The notes under the pieces were generated by a model, which ran no database searches, was not told where the DNA came from, and saw only the letters and a program-made list of their open reading frames with translations. A stretch of DNA of 43,085 nt from a bacterium (GTDB lineage Bacteria > Patescibacteriota > Saccharimonadia > CAILAD01 > BJGX01): positions 1 through 43,085 of the forward strand of contig JBAXPC010000003.1 of assembly GCA_037132395.1 (NCBI GenBank), written 5' to 3'. Shown one piece after another: positions 18,586-28,295 of the stretch. Position 1 is the stretch's first letter; every line of letters begins with the position of its first letter. Position numbers and translations under genes: made by a program.

Positions 18586-18876
18586 ATGGCAAAGTTATCA
18601 TTAGACGAAATACAAAAGGTTGCACTGCTAGCCAGAATTGAGCTATCCGACGACGAGCTAGTAGTAGCCAGCACCGAGATAAGCTCGATTTTGGATTTTG
18701 TCGATACCATACAAAACACCGATACGGCCGGCGTCGAGCCAACCTCTCAGGTCACCGGGCTTACCGATGTATGGCGCGAAGACTCGGTCGAGAAATGCGC
18801 AATCGCTCCAAAACTTTTGTTGGCCGGCACACCAGACATGCAGGATGGTTATGTAAAGGTCAAGAAGGTACTATAA
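18586..18876 (+). CDS. gatC: Asp/Glu-tRNA amidotransferase subunit C
   Basis: VALLARIEL..IL.FV....DT.GVEPT....REDS..YVKV.KVL; overlaps the gatA start. Confidence 0.93.
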   Translation: MAKLSLDEIQKVALLARIELSDDELVVASTEISSILDFVDTIQNTDTAGVEPTSQVTGLTDVWREDSVEKCAIAPKLLLAGTPDMQDGYVKVKKVL

Positions 18877-20327
18877 TGCCCGACTTGAATTATTTATCTA
18901 TCACAGAAGCTCATGAGCTCCTAGTAGCCAAAAAGATTTCGGCCCAAGAGCTGACTGAATTTTACATTGGTAAAATCCGTAATCTAAATCCAAAAATTCG
19001 CGCCATTCTGACGGTCTGTGAAAGCCAAGCCCTAAAGCAAGCCAAAAAGGTCGATGCTAAGATTACTAGCGGGGCAGAGATTGGGCTGCTTGAGGGCATT
19101 CCTTATACCGCCAAAGATATGTTCTTGACTAAAGGAATCCGAACCACGGCTGCCAGTAAGATACTAGAAGATTACATTCCGCCTTACTCAGCAACTGTTA
19201 TCGAAAAACTTGACCATGCTGGAGCAGTCTTGATTGCCAAGGTAAATCAAGACGAATTCGCGCACGGTGGCAGCACCGAAAATAGTTCTTATCATGTCAC
19301 ACATAACCCCTGGGGCCTCGACCGGGTGCCGGGCGGAAGTTCGGGTGGCTCGGCCGCTTCGGTAGCCGCCGACTTTGGTATATTTAGCCTAGGTACCGAT
19401 ACCGGTGGTTCAATCCGCCAGCCCGCCAGCTATTGCGGCGTAACGGGCTTTAAGCCAACCTACGGAGTTGTTAGTCGTTATGGCGTAGTATCTATGGCCA
19501 GCAGCTTTGACTGCGTTGGTCCTTTGGCTCGGTCTGCCGAAGATGCCCAGATAGTCTTTGAAGTTATCGCCGGCAAGGACAGTAAAGATTCCACCACCAT
19601 AGCCTTGAGCGACAAAACTCTTAGCGACAAAAACCCCGTCGGTAAGCTAAAAGCAGTCTTTTATGACGACGAAGATTCTGATGCAGTATCGAAAGGAGTT
19701 GCAGCGATAGAAGGCAGCCTACTTGATATCCAAACCGAAGCTAGTATTGCCGAGCTGGTGCCACTAGAGCTGGCTCTGGCAGCTTACTATGTCTTGGTGC
19801 CTTCTGAGATCAGCTCCAACTTGGAGCGTTACGATGGCGTAAGATACGGCAGCAAGGCTAAGGATAGCAAGGACTTACTAGATAGCTACATGAAAACCCG
19901 TAGCGAATTCTTGGGCCCTGAAGTAGTACGCCGCAACATCATTGGCACCTACGCGCTCTCGGCCGGCTACTACGAAGCCTATTACAAAAAAGCAATGCAA
20001 GTTCGGACACTAATTATACAAGCTCTCAATAAAGTATTTGAAGCCAACGATGCAATACTTGTACCAACTACGCTCGAGCCAGCCTTTAAGATCGGGTCAA
20101 AATCCGACCCTGTCGAAATGTACAAGACCGACCTACTGACAGTATTTGCAAACCTCGCTGGTGTACCAGCCATTAGTATTCCTATCGGTTTTGAGCCTAC
20201 AACTGGCTTACCTATGGGGCTACAAATTATCGGCAAGCAGGGTGATGATATTAAGATTTTGGCCATCGCTAAACACATCCAATCTGGTAGCGACTGGCAC
20301 AATAAACTTAAGGAATTAAAGCTATGA
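18876..20327 (+). CDS. gatA: Asp/Glu-tRNA amidotransferase subunit A
   Basis: Amidase signature VPGGSSGGSAA, GTDTGGSIRQPA, SSNLERYDGVRYG. Start at ATG 18876. Confidence 0.96.
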   Translation: MPDLNYLSITEAHELLVAKKISAQELTEFYIGKIRNLNPKIRAILTVCESQALKQAKKVDAKITSGAEIGLLEGIPYTAKDMFLTKGIRTTAASKILEDYIPPYSATVIEKLDHAGAVLIAKVNQDEFAHGGSTENSSYHVTHNPWGLDRVPGGSSGGSAASVAADFGIFSLGTDTGGSIRQPASYCGVTGFKPTYGVVSRYGVVSMASSFDCVGPLARSAEDAQIVFEVIAGKDSKDSTTIALSDKTLSDKNPVGKLKAVFYDDEDSDAVSKGVAAIEGSLLDIQTEASIAELVPLELALAAYYVLVPSEISSNLERYDGVRYGSKAKDSKDLLDSYMKTRSEFLGPEVVRRNIIGTYALSAGYYEAYYKKAMQVRTLIIQALNKVFEANDAILVPTTLEPAFKIGSKSDPVEMYKTDLLTVFANLAGVPAISIPIGFEPTTGLPMGLQIIGKQGDDIKILAIAKHIQSGSDWHNKLKELKL

Positions 20328-20785
20328 ACATCTCGACCATTTCGTTTCTTATTGCCCTAGTAGTTATGACAATACTAATATCGCTCACGCTCAAACAAAA
20401 AGCCAAACCAATTCGTAAGCAGTATAAAACGAGTGCCAGTAGTGATGATCAGTCAAATACTTTTAATGTCGGCTTGGTGCAGTCTAAGTGGGCAGAAATA
20501 ACCGCCATGAAAAATGCCGGCCCATCGGGTCTTAAAACTGCCCTCTTCGAGGCCGATAAGCTGCTAGATTATTGCATGGTCGGTAAGGGTTTCAAAGGCG
20601 AAACAATGGGCGAGCGGCTCAAGAGTGGTGGCCACCAGCTTAGCAATATCAATGCCGTCTGGAACGCCCACAAGCTACGTAACGAGCTAGCACATAATGT
20701 CGAGCACGATTTGGTGCCCGTCCAGGTCGAGCAGGCCATAGTTAACTTGGGCAATGCAATCCGAGAATTAGGAGTAACAATATGA
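20324..20785 (+). CDS. Membrane-anchored hypothetical protein with HEPN-like RxxxxH motif
   Basis: N-terminal TM, EADKLLD, GETMGERLK, AHKLRNELAH. ATGA overlaps with both gatA and gatB. Confidence 0.8.
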   Translation: MNISTISFLIALVVMTILISLTLKQKAKPIRKQYKTSASSDDQSNTFNVGLVQSKWAEITAMKNAGPSGLKTALFEADKLLDYCMVGKGFKGETMGERLKSGGHQLSNINAVWNAHKLRNELAHNVEHDLVPVQVEQAIVNLGNAIRELGVTI

Positions 20786-22203
20786 GCACATACAAACCAA
20801 CCATCGGTATCGAAATACACGCCCAGCTCGCCACAAATAGCAAAATGTTTTGTGGGTGTAATAATGACAGCCGCGGGGCTTTGCCCAACACTAACATCTG
20901 CCCAGTCTGCTTGGCTTTGCCGGGCACCTTGCCGGTAATCAACAAAGGAGCCATCGATATGGCCATCAAACTCGCCAAAGGTTTTAATGCCGAAGTAGCT
21001 CGCACCACTAGCTTCGACCGAAAAAATTACTTTTATCCGGACTCACCCAAGGGCTACCAGATAACCCAAATGGACCAGCCAATTGTTAAAAACGGCTATG
21101 TCGAAATACTTGTTGGCGGCGAGTTTATGAAAATCGGTATTCATCATGCTCACCTCGAGGAGGACGCTGGCAAACTAACTCACCCCGACGGATCTAATTA
21201 CAGCCTAGTCGATTTTAATAGAGCCGGAACCCCACTAACTGAGATTGTATCGGAGCCAGAAATTAAAAGTACCGAACAGGCCAAGCGGTACTTGCAGGAA
21301 GTCTATAATATCGTTACTAGCCTCGGTGTATGTAATGGCGACATGGAGCACGGCAACTTTAAGTTCGATCTAAATGTATCCGTTAGCGATAGCTCGACAC
21401 TCGGCACCAGAACCGAACTCAAAAACCTCAATTCTTTCAGAAATGCCGAGCGGGCACTGAGTTATGAGATAGCTCGCCAAATAGCGGTGCTCGAGTCGGG
21501 TGGAGTGATAGAGCAAGAAACTAGAGGCTGGAACGACACCAAGGCCGTGACTTTTTCTCAGCGTAGCAAGGAGCAGGCCAACGACTACCGCTATTTCCCA
21601 GAGCCAGACCTTCCTCCAATCACCTTAAGCCAAAGTTATATCGACCAAGTCCAGAGTCAAATAACTATTTTGCCGATCGATGTCCGCAAGGATCTCGTTA
21701 GTCTCAACCTCAATGCCGACGAACAAGATGTGTTGTTGGCTCAGCCTAAGACTATCGTGATATTTAAAGACGCCGAGAGTGCCCTCAAAAACCCTGAGCA
21801 AATCAAAAAAGCCGTCAATTGGCTGGTCGGTGATTATCAGTCTATCCTTGCCACCAACAAAAAGCCTCTACTAACTGGCCAGCACTTAGCGGAGCTAATA
21901 GAGCTCATTGAGAATGGAGACATTAGCTCCAAAATAGCCAAGTCGATTTTTGCTGATATCGTGGCCGGCGACAGGCCCAGCGATATCGTGGCGCAAAAAG
22001 GCCTAAAGCAAGTTTCTGACGACACGGAGCTCGAAAGTATAATTAAAAAAATAATATTAGATAACCCTAAACCAGTTGATGACTATCGCTCTGGTAATGC
22101 TCGAGTGCTTGGATTCTTCGTGGGTGAAGTCATGAAACAGACCAAAGGCCAAGCTAACCCTTCTAAAGTCAACCAGCTTATGGTTAAATTACTAAAGGAG
22201 TAA
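20782..22203 (+). CDS. gatB: Asp/Glu-tRNA amidotransferase subunit B
   Basis: IGIEIHAQL, CPVCL.LPG.LP, FDRKNYFYPD.PKGYQITQ, HLEEDAGK, DYRYFPEPDL. Confidence 0.97.
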   Translation: MSTYKPTIGIEIHAQLATNSKMFCGCNNDSRGALPNTNICPVCLALPGTLPVINKGAIDMAIKLAKGFNAEVARTTSFDRKNYFYPDSPKGYQITQMDQPIVKNGYVEILVGGEFMKIGIHHAHLEEDAGKLTHPDGSNYSLVDFNRAGTPLTEIVSEPEIKSTEQAKRYLQEVYNIVTSLGVCNGDMEHGNFKFDLNVSVSDSSTLGTRTELKNLNSFRNAERALSYEIARQIAVLESGGVIEQETRGWNDTKAVTFSQRSKEQANDYRYFPEPDLPPITLSQSYIDQVQSQITILPIDVRKDLVSLNLNADEQDVLLAQPKTIVIFKDAESALKNPEQIKKAVNWLVGDYQSILATNKKPLLTGQHLAELIELIENGDISSKIAKSIFADIVAGDRPSDIVAQKGLKQVSDDTELESIIKKIILDNPKPVDDYRSGNARVLGFFVGEVMKQTKGQANPSKVNQLMVKLLKE

Positions 22204-22208
22204 TATAA

Positions 22209-22820
22209 ATGCAAAATTTACAATCCGACGTTTTAGCAGGCTTCAATAACGCGACAGTATCTGCCACCCAGATACTCCCAAAAATACCAGCTGCTCTAGT
22301 AGCATTGCTGATAGGCTTTGTCGTTATTAAAATAATATCGCGCTTTTTGAAAGTCACCCTGCGGCTGACGCGCTGGCCGATTGGCCTCCAAGAGATAATG
22401 GCTACACTACTTCGGATTGCTATGTGGGGGCTATTGATGATTGCTGTTTTACAAATACTAGGTCTAACTAGCGTAGCACTTGCAGTCACTGGCTCTTTCG
22501 CTATTTTGCTATTGGGCTTTTCATCTGGCATATCTTCAACTGTCAGCGACTTAATGGCCGGTTTGCAGCTAGCCAACGACAAAGACTTCAGAATAGGCTA
22601 CAAAGTCAAGGTTGGAGACCATAAGACAGTTGGAGTGGTCAAGGAAATGGATATCAAAAAAACTCGCATCCAGGGCGATGATGGCCAGCTCCACGTGGTA
22701 CCAAATAGTGTTATAGAAAAAAACGAATGGATTGTTATAGAACGACACGTTTTCTCGCATATGCCCAAAACTCAAGGTGCTATAATAAATAAAGCTAGCT
22801 CAATAAAGAAGAAAGGGTAA
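22209..22820 (+). CDS. Small-conductance mechanosensitive channel family protein
   Basis: Three TMs then FRIG.KV.VG...GVV.E...KTRI...DG.L.VVPNS. Confidence 0.85.
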   Translation: MQNLQSDVLAGFNNATVSATQILPKIPAALVALLIGFVVIKIISRFLKVTLRLTRWPIGLQEIMATLLRIAMWGLLMIAVLQILGLTSVALAVTGSFAILLLGFSSGISSTVSDLMAGLQLANDKDFRIGYKVKVGDHKTVGVVKEMDIKKTRIQGDDGQLHVVPNSVIEKNEWIVIERHVFSHMPKTQGAIINKASSIKKKG

Positions 22821-22827
22821 CTCGACA

Positions 22828-23088
22828 ATGGAAACATTATTAGTAGTGCTAATAACCTTGGTATCTATTTCCTTAATCATGCTGATAATTTTTACGGTAG
22901 CATTTTTGGTAGGACTAATTGCAGCAATGAAGCAAATTCGCTTGGCCGCCGCAAAAGTCCAAGAAAGTGCCGACACAGCTGCCGAATTGGTCGACGAGGT
23001 CAGGAGTGCTGTGATTAATCCGGGCATAGTAGCGATGATGTTTGAAAAATACATGAAGCGCCACTTTAGTAAGAAAGGTAAGCGGTAA
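22828..23088 (+). CDS. Small single-TM protein (YtxG/DUF948-like position)
   Basis: Long hydrophobic N-terminus plus amphipathic helix, directly before the YtxH-like gene. Confidence 0.65.
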   Translation: METLLVVLITLVSISLIMLIIFTVAFLVGLIAAMKQIRLAAAKVQESADTAAELVDEVRSAVINPGIVAMMFEKYMKRHFSKKGKR

Positions 23089-23089
23089 G

Positions 23090-23578
23090 ATGGCAAAAGG
23101 ACGAGGTTTTGTTGCAGGAGCTGCTATTGGCGCTGCCATAGCAGGAGGACTGGCTTTGTTGTTTGCACCTAAGGCCGGCAAAGAGCTCCGCGAAGATATT
23201 GCCATAAAGGCTCATGAGGTTAGTACCGATCTTGATACCAAAATTAAGCAAGCTAAAATAGATATTGATATACTAACAGGTAATGATAAAGACAAAAGAC
23301 TTGAGCTCATCAACCAAGCTGAAGATTTGAAGCTAGCATTGACCACTAAAAGCTCCGAATTCGGCAAGTCTGGCAAAAAAGTCACTAGAGTAGCTGCTCA
23401 CGAAACAGACAAAATGATACAAGACGGCAAAGCATTGGTGGTAGAGCTCAATAGCTACAAGACCGACGCCTTAAAAGACACCAAGAAATTCGCCCAAAAA
23501 GCTACCAAATCCGGCGATAAGGTAATCAAGGTTGCATCAACTGAAATAAAAAAAGATCTAAAGTTACAAAAAAAATAG
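23090..23578 (+). CDS. YtxH domain protein
   Basis: GFVAGAAIGAAIAG..ALLFAPKAGKELR. Confidence 0.88.
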   Translation: MAKGRGFVAGAAIGAAIAGGLALLFAPKAGKELREDIAIKAHEVSTDLDTKIKQAKIDIDILTGNDKDKRLELINQAEDLKLALTTKSSEFGKSGKKVTRVAAHETDKMIQDGKALVVELNSYKTDALKDTKKFAQKATKSGDKVIKVASTEIKKDLKLQKK

Positions 23579-23581
23579 CCA

Positions 23582-23839
23582 ATGAAAGACCAAGCTAACT
23601 CTAAACAAATTAAAGCTGAAAAAATAATTTCACTTGATGGAGTAATGGAAATACTAACGAATCCCAAAAAACTTTTTTGGCTAAACTTTAAAGCTGGCTT
23701 TGTTAGGGGTTTTGCAGGTGTACTCGGAGCCGCGCTAGCAATTATATTAATTAGCTTAATGGTTGCAAAGCTCGGTGGCGTTCCGGTAATTGGTGAATTT
23801 ATAAAACAGATTGGAAGTGCAGTTAAATCGGCTAAGTAA
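23582..23839 (+). CDS. Small membrane protein (DUF5665-like)
   Basis: LFWLNF.AG.VRG...VLGA...PVIG.FI. Confidence 0.75.
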   Translation: MKDQANSKQIKAEKIISLDGVMEILTNPKKLFWLNFKAGFVRGFAGVLGAALAIILISLMVAKLGGVPVIGEFIKQIGSAVKSAK

Positions 23840-23871
23840 TCTTGCTATAATAGGGGCATAGGAGGGGCAAC

Positions 23872-26800
23872 ATGCCGGGTGAAGCTAAAATAATAGAAGA
23901 CGAAACTGTCGTGCAGGTTCGGAACGAAGAAGGTTTTGTCGATTTCGTTCACCTGCACAACCATACACACTACAGTCTGCTCGATGGCTTGCAAAAGATT
24001 CCTCAAATGCTCGATAGGGTTATTGAAATGGGGCAGACTTCAGTTGCCATTACTGACCATGGTACGTTGAGCGGCAGCATTGAGTTTTATAAGGCCTGTA
24101 AGTCGCGCGGCATTCAGCCGATTATTGGTATCGAAACTTATGTCGCACCTCGTAAGCATACCGATAAGAGTTCTTCAGAGGATCGGAGTCCATTTCACCT
24201 CACTCTGCTTGCTAAAAACAAGCAGGGCTACCAAAACCTGATGAAGCTCAGCACCATCGCTAGCTTGGAGGGATTTTATTATAAACCTCGCGTTGATCAT
24301 GAGCTGCTCGAGAAGTACAGCGAAGGACTAATAGTCTTATCTGGCTGTTTGGGGGGCGAGTTGGGTACACTCATTAGCAACGACCAGCTTGAACAAGCCC
24401 TAGATTTGGCCAAGTGGTACAGTGGTGTTTTTGGTAAAGAAAATTATTATTTAGAAATGCAGCCACACACTCAGTGGGCACCACAAAAAAAACTTAACTC
24501 GGAACTAAAGAAAATATCAAAGCAACTCGGCATCGGCCTGGTCGTAACCGGGGATTGCCACTATTCAACTGAAGCCGACCACTACCCTCACGACATACTA
24601 TTGTGTGTCCAGACAGGATCCAACGTCGATGATACCAATAGGATGAAACTTGAAATGGACCTTTCGATGCAGCCAGGCAAGGTTTTTATGGAGAGGTTCA
24701 AAGATACACCAGAGGCAATCACTAATACGGTAAAAATTGCAAAAATGTGCAAACTAGAGATTGAGCTCGGCAAGATACTGATACCGCGCTTTCCAAGTGT
24801 TCCTAAGGGCGAAACCGAAAAAAGCTATCTGCGAAGGCTTGTTTATGTAGGAGCTGCAAACCGGTATAGTGATGTTCCAAAAGAAGACCTCGATAAAATT
24901 ACAGAAGCCAAGGTCAAACCGAAGCTTGATAAAAAAATAATCGACAGGATTGAATATGAGCTGACTATTATTGAGCAGATGGGATATGAGGGCTATATGT
25001 TGATTGTGGCCGACCTCATCAACTGGAGCAAGAACCAGGGAATTGTCTGTGGGCCAGGACGCGGTAGCGCGGCAGGTAGTATTATTGCTTACTGCACTAA
25101 TATTACAGAAATTGATCCAATCAGGTTCGGGCTACTCTTTGAGAGGTTTTTGAACCCAGACCGAATCAGCATGCCTGATATCGATATGGACTATGCCGAT
25201 GATCGCCGCGAAGAAGTAATAGCTTATGCTACCGAAAAGTACGGACAAGACAGAGTCGCCCAAATTATTACTTTCGGGGTGATGGCCGCCCGCAACGCCG
25301 TCAGAGATACCGGCCGAGTTTTAGGCGTTCCCTATGGCGAGGTCGATGCGATAGCCAAAAACATTCCTCCGCCAGTTCAAGGTCGGCACATACCGCTTAG
25401 TGTTTCTATCATTGAAAGCCCGGAGTTAAAATCAATCTATACTGGCAACTCAAAAGCTAAAGAAATTATCGATATCGCAATCCAGCTGGAGGGCACCATC
25501 CGAAATGCTGGTACTCATGCCGCCGGCGTGGTGATAGCACCAGAGCCTTTAGTAGAGTACACCCCACTTACCAGGGCTAGCAAGGGTGGCATTGCAACTC
25601 AATACTCTATGAATCCAATCGAAGACTTAGGGCTTTTGAAATTTGATTTTTTAGGCCTATCCAATCTTACGGTTATAAAAAATGCCTTAAGAATAATCAA
25701 AAGAGTTTATAAAAAAGACATCCAGATAAATCAAATCCCGATTGATGACAAAAAGACTTTTGAGCTGCTTTGCCGGGGTGATACCACCGGCGTATTCCAG
25801 CTAGAGTCGGCCGGTATGAAACGCTACCTAAAGGATCTTAAGCCAGATAAGTTTGAAGACATTATTGCAATGGTGTCTTTGTACCGTCCTGGACCAATGC
25901 AATGGATTGAAGAGTTTATAAATCGTAAACACCGTCCAAGCCTTATTACCTACGGTCACCCAAAAATGGAAGCAGCTTTGAAGGAAACCTACGGTATTAT
26001 TGTCTACCAAGAACAGGTAATGCAAATAGCCAAGGACTTGAGCGGGTTCACTGGGGGCCAGGCGGATACGCTAAGAAAGGGTATAGCAAAGAAGATTCCT
26101 GAGGTTTTGGCTAAAATGAAGAAAGAGTTTATTAGTGGGGCAATTAAGAACTCAAAAGTAGATAAGAAGTTTATAGAGGATCTGTGGGTCAGCCTTGAAG
26201 ATTTTGCGGCCTATAGTTTTAATAAATCTCACGCAGCCTGCTACGCCTTAATTGCCGTCCAGACAGCTTACCTCAAAAGCCACTACCCCTCGGCCTACAT
26301 GGCAGCTTTATTGACTAGTGACCACGAGAATCTGGATCGGATTGCTATCGAGGTAGCAGAGTGCCGAAAGCTAGGAATTGAGGTTTTGCCGCCCGATATC
26401 AATGAGTCCTACAAGGAGTTTGCGGTTGTACCGGAAACTGGCAATATTCGATTCGGACTAGGGGCTGTCAAAAATGTTGGTCAAGGTCCAATCGAAAAGA
26501 TTATCGAAGCAAGGGCCGGAGATCCGTTTAAATCCGTCGAAGATTTTGCTAAGCGAGTAGATGCGGCGGTTGTAAATAAAAAAGTCATGGAGAGCCTTAT
26601 AAAGTGCGGAGCTTTTGATAGCCTGGGCGATCGACACAAGCTACTATTTAATGCTGATAAGATTACCTCCTATGCCAGCAGGGTTCAGAAAAACGCCCTG
26701 TCGGGTCAGATTGATATTTTTGGGTCTCTTAGTGCCGATCAGGAAATACCTCCAATCAGCATGGATAATCCAACAGCTAAGATTGATCCTCGCCAAAGTT

Positions 26801-27468
26801 TAGTCTGGGAGAAAGAGCTCTTGGGTTTGTATGTTAGTACCCACCCTCTCGACGACTTTAGAAACTACTTTAAAAATAAAACCCAATCAATAACTGATTA
26901 TAAAAGATCTGATGACGGGAGGCAGGTAGTGGTGGGTGGGATCATTACTTCAATGCGAAAAATATACACCCGCAAAAATGATCCAATGGCTTTTGTAGCT
27001 ATCGAAACTATTAGTGGTGATATCGAAGTTATAGTTTTTCCAAAGACTTTTGTTAAATACGAACAAGACATCGCTACTGATAATGTCGTTTTGATAGAAG
27101 GCAAAATAAATGCCAAAGACCGAGATGGCAACGCTACGGACGAGCTCAAGATAATAGCTGATAAGGTTAAAATATTAAATGCTGACACAGCCCGGATGTG
27201 GCTAGCCCCACCCAAGGAGGTTCCAAAAATAGAAACATCGAGCATATCGATTATACTCGAATCGATCGCTGACACCGAGCAGTTGATGCAAATTAAAGCC
27301 GTACTGGATAGCAACTATGGCGATAGCCCGGTTGTGTTAGATTTTATTAATACGGCCCAAAAACTGAAGTTACCCAAGGGGGTTAATATTTCAGATGAGT
27401 TGATTAAAAAACTAAAATCAATTGCAGGCGCAGATAATGTACTTATTGCTACTTCGGTACAGAGCTAA
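23872..27468 (+). CDS. dnaE: DNA polymerase III alpha subunit
   Basis: PHP (HLHNHTHYSLLDG, TDHG, GDCHY), GPGRGSAAGS, PDIDMD, KFDFLGL, YSFNKSHA, OB fold. Confidence 0.98.
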   Translation: MPGEAKIIEDETVVQVRNEEGFVDFVHLHNHTHYSLLDGLQKIPQMLDRVIEMGQTSVAITDHGTLSGSIEFYKACKSRGIQPIIGIETYVAPRKHTDKSSSEDRSPFHLTLLAKNKQGYQNLMKLSTIASLEGFYYKPRVDHELLEKYSEGLIVLSGCLGGELGTLISNDQLEQALDLAKWYSGVFGKENYYLEMQPHTQWAPQKKLNSELKKISKQLGIGLVVTGDCHYSTEADHYPHDILLCVQTGSNVDDTNRMKLEMDLSMQPGKVFMERFKDTPEAITNTVKIAKMCKLEIELGKILIPRFPSVPKGETEKSYLRRLVYVGAANRYSDVPKEDLDKITEAKVKPKLDKKIIDRIEYELTIIEQMGYEGYMLIVADLINWSKNQGIVCGPGRGSAAGSIIAYCTNITEIDPIRFGLLFERFLNPDRISMPDIDMDYADDRREEVIAYATEKYGQDRVAQIITFGVMAARNAVRDTGRVLGVPYGEVDAIAKNIPPPVQGRHIPLSVSIIESPELKSIYTGNSKAKEIIDIAIQLEGTIRNAGTHAAGVVIAPEPLVEYTPLTRASKGGIATQYSMNPIEDLGLLKFDFLGLSNLTVIKNALRIIKRVYKKDIQINQIPIDDKKTFELLCRGDTTGVFQLESAGMKRYLKDLKPDKFEDIIAMVSLYRPGPMQWIEEFINRKHRPSLITYGHPKMEAALKETYGIIVYQEQVMQIAKDLSGFTGGQADTLRKGIAKKIPEVLAKMKKEFISGAIKNSKVDKKFIEDLWVSLEDFAAYSFNKSHAACYALIAVQTAYLKSHYPSAYMAALLTSDHENLDRIAIEVAECRKLGIEVLPPDINESYKEFAVVPETGNIRFGLGAVKNVGQGPIEKIIEARAGDPFKSVEDFAKRVDAAVVNKKVMESLIKCGAFDSLGDRHKLLFNADKITSYASRVQKNALSGQIDIFGSLSADQEIPPISMDNPTAKIDPRQSLVWEKELLGLYVSTHPLDDFRNYFKNKTQSITDYKRSDDGRQVVVGGIITSMRKIYTRKNDPMAFVAIETISGDIEVIVFPKTFVKYEQDIATDNVVLIEGKINAKDRDGNATDELKIIADKVKILNADTARMWLAPPKEVPKIETSSISIILESIADTEQLMQIKAVLDSNYGDSPVVLDFINTAQKLKLPKGVNISDELIKKLKSIAGADNVLIATSVQS

Positions 27469-27537
27469 GGGGCTCTCCCGATACTAGCACTATTATGCCT
27501 TGTCAGATGTAGCTAGTTGTGATAGAATTGTTGAGTT

Positions 27538-28185
27538 ATGCAAGAAGCTCTAAATGCAATCGAACAGGGTTCTATCAAGAAAAAAATCTCCGACATCCGT
27601 GTCGGCGATACTGTTCGCGTTCATCAAAGAATCAAAGAAGGCAAAAAAGAGCGAGTCCAGATATTCGAAGGACTTGTTATTAGCTACAGAAACTCTGGCG
27701 GAGTCGCAGCAGTTATTACTGTTCGCAAGGTCGCTTCGGGTGTCGGTGTAGAAAAAACTTGGTTTGTTAATAGCCCTAATGTTGTAAAAATACAAATCAC
27801 TAAGCGCAGCAAGGTTCGTCGAGCAGTTCTTAGCTACATGCGATCACGATCTGGAAAATCAGCCAGAATGGCCGAGCGAGATTTTGACAGAAATACTGCT
27901 AATGAGTCTGACGAGAGAACCGCATCTCAATTGGCTGAGGCAGAGCAGGCCGAAATAGAAGCCCAAAGCAAGGCCAAACAAAGCGAAGATGAACTTAACC
28001 AAGTTGAAGAAAGCACAGATGCGCTAGCTAAAGAAGAGAATAAATTAGCAGGCAAAGATGATGCCACTAACGACGAAGCTCCTAAAGATAAGGCTGTCGA
28101 CGAACAGATCAACACTGACGGCCAAGACGAAGCCCAGCTTCCAGCAGAAGAGTTCAAGGCCGGTGTCGATAAAGTCCAGAAATAA
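27538..28185 (+). CDS. rplS: 50S ribosomal protein bL19 with long acidic C-terminal extension
   Basis: GDTVRVH.RIKEG.KERVQIFEG..TVRKVASGVGVEK..KVRRA.L.YMR.R.GK.AR. Confidence 0.96.
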   Translation: MQEALNAIEQGSIKKKISDIRVGDTVRVHQRIKEGKKERVQIFEGLVISYRNSGGVAAVITVRKVASGVGVEKTWFVNSPNVVKIQITKRSKVRRAVLSYMRSRSGKSARMAERDFDRNTANESDERTASQLAEAEQAEIEAQSKAKQSEDELNQVEESTDALAKEENKLAGKDDATNDEAPKDKAVDEQINTDGQDEAQLPAEEFKAGVDKVQK

Positions 28186-28200
28186 TTTGTCTTGAATGCC

Positions 28201-28228
28201 AATAGCCCCATCTAGGGGCTATTTTATT
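28201..28228 (+). terminator. Intrinsic terminator after rplS
   Basis: AATAGCCCC-ATCTA-GGGGCTATT followed by TTATT. Confidence 0.8.
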
Positions 28229-28295
28229 ATATTAAAAAATATGTTATAATATCGTTTCGTACCTTTCAATAGTGCCAACCTAAGGAGTCCCAAAG

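Noticed and set aside
23872-27468. Intein or intron in dnaE, ligA, recG or the tRNAs
   Set aside because: Lengths and motif spacing are normal; no insertion seen.
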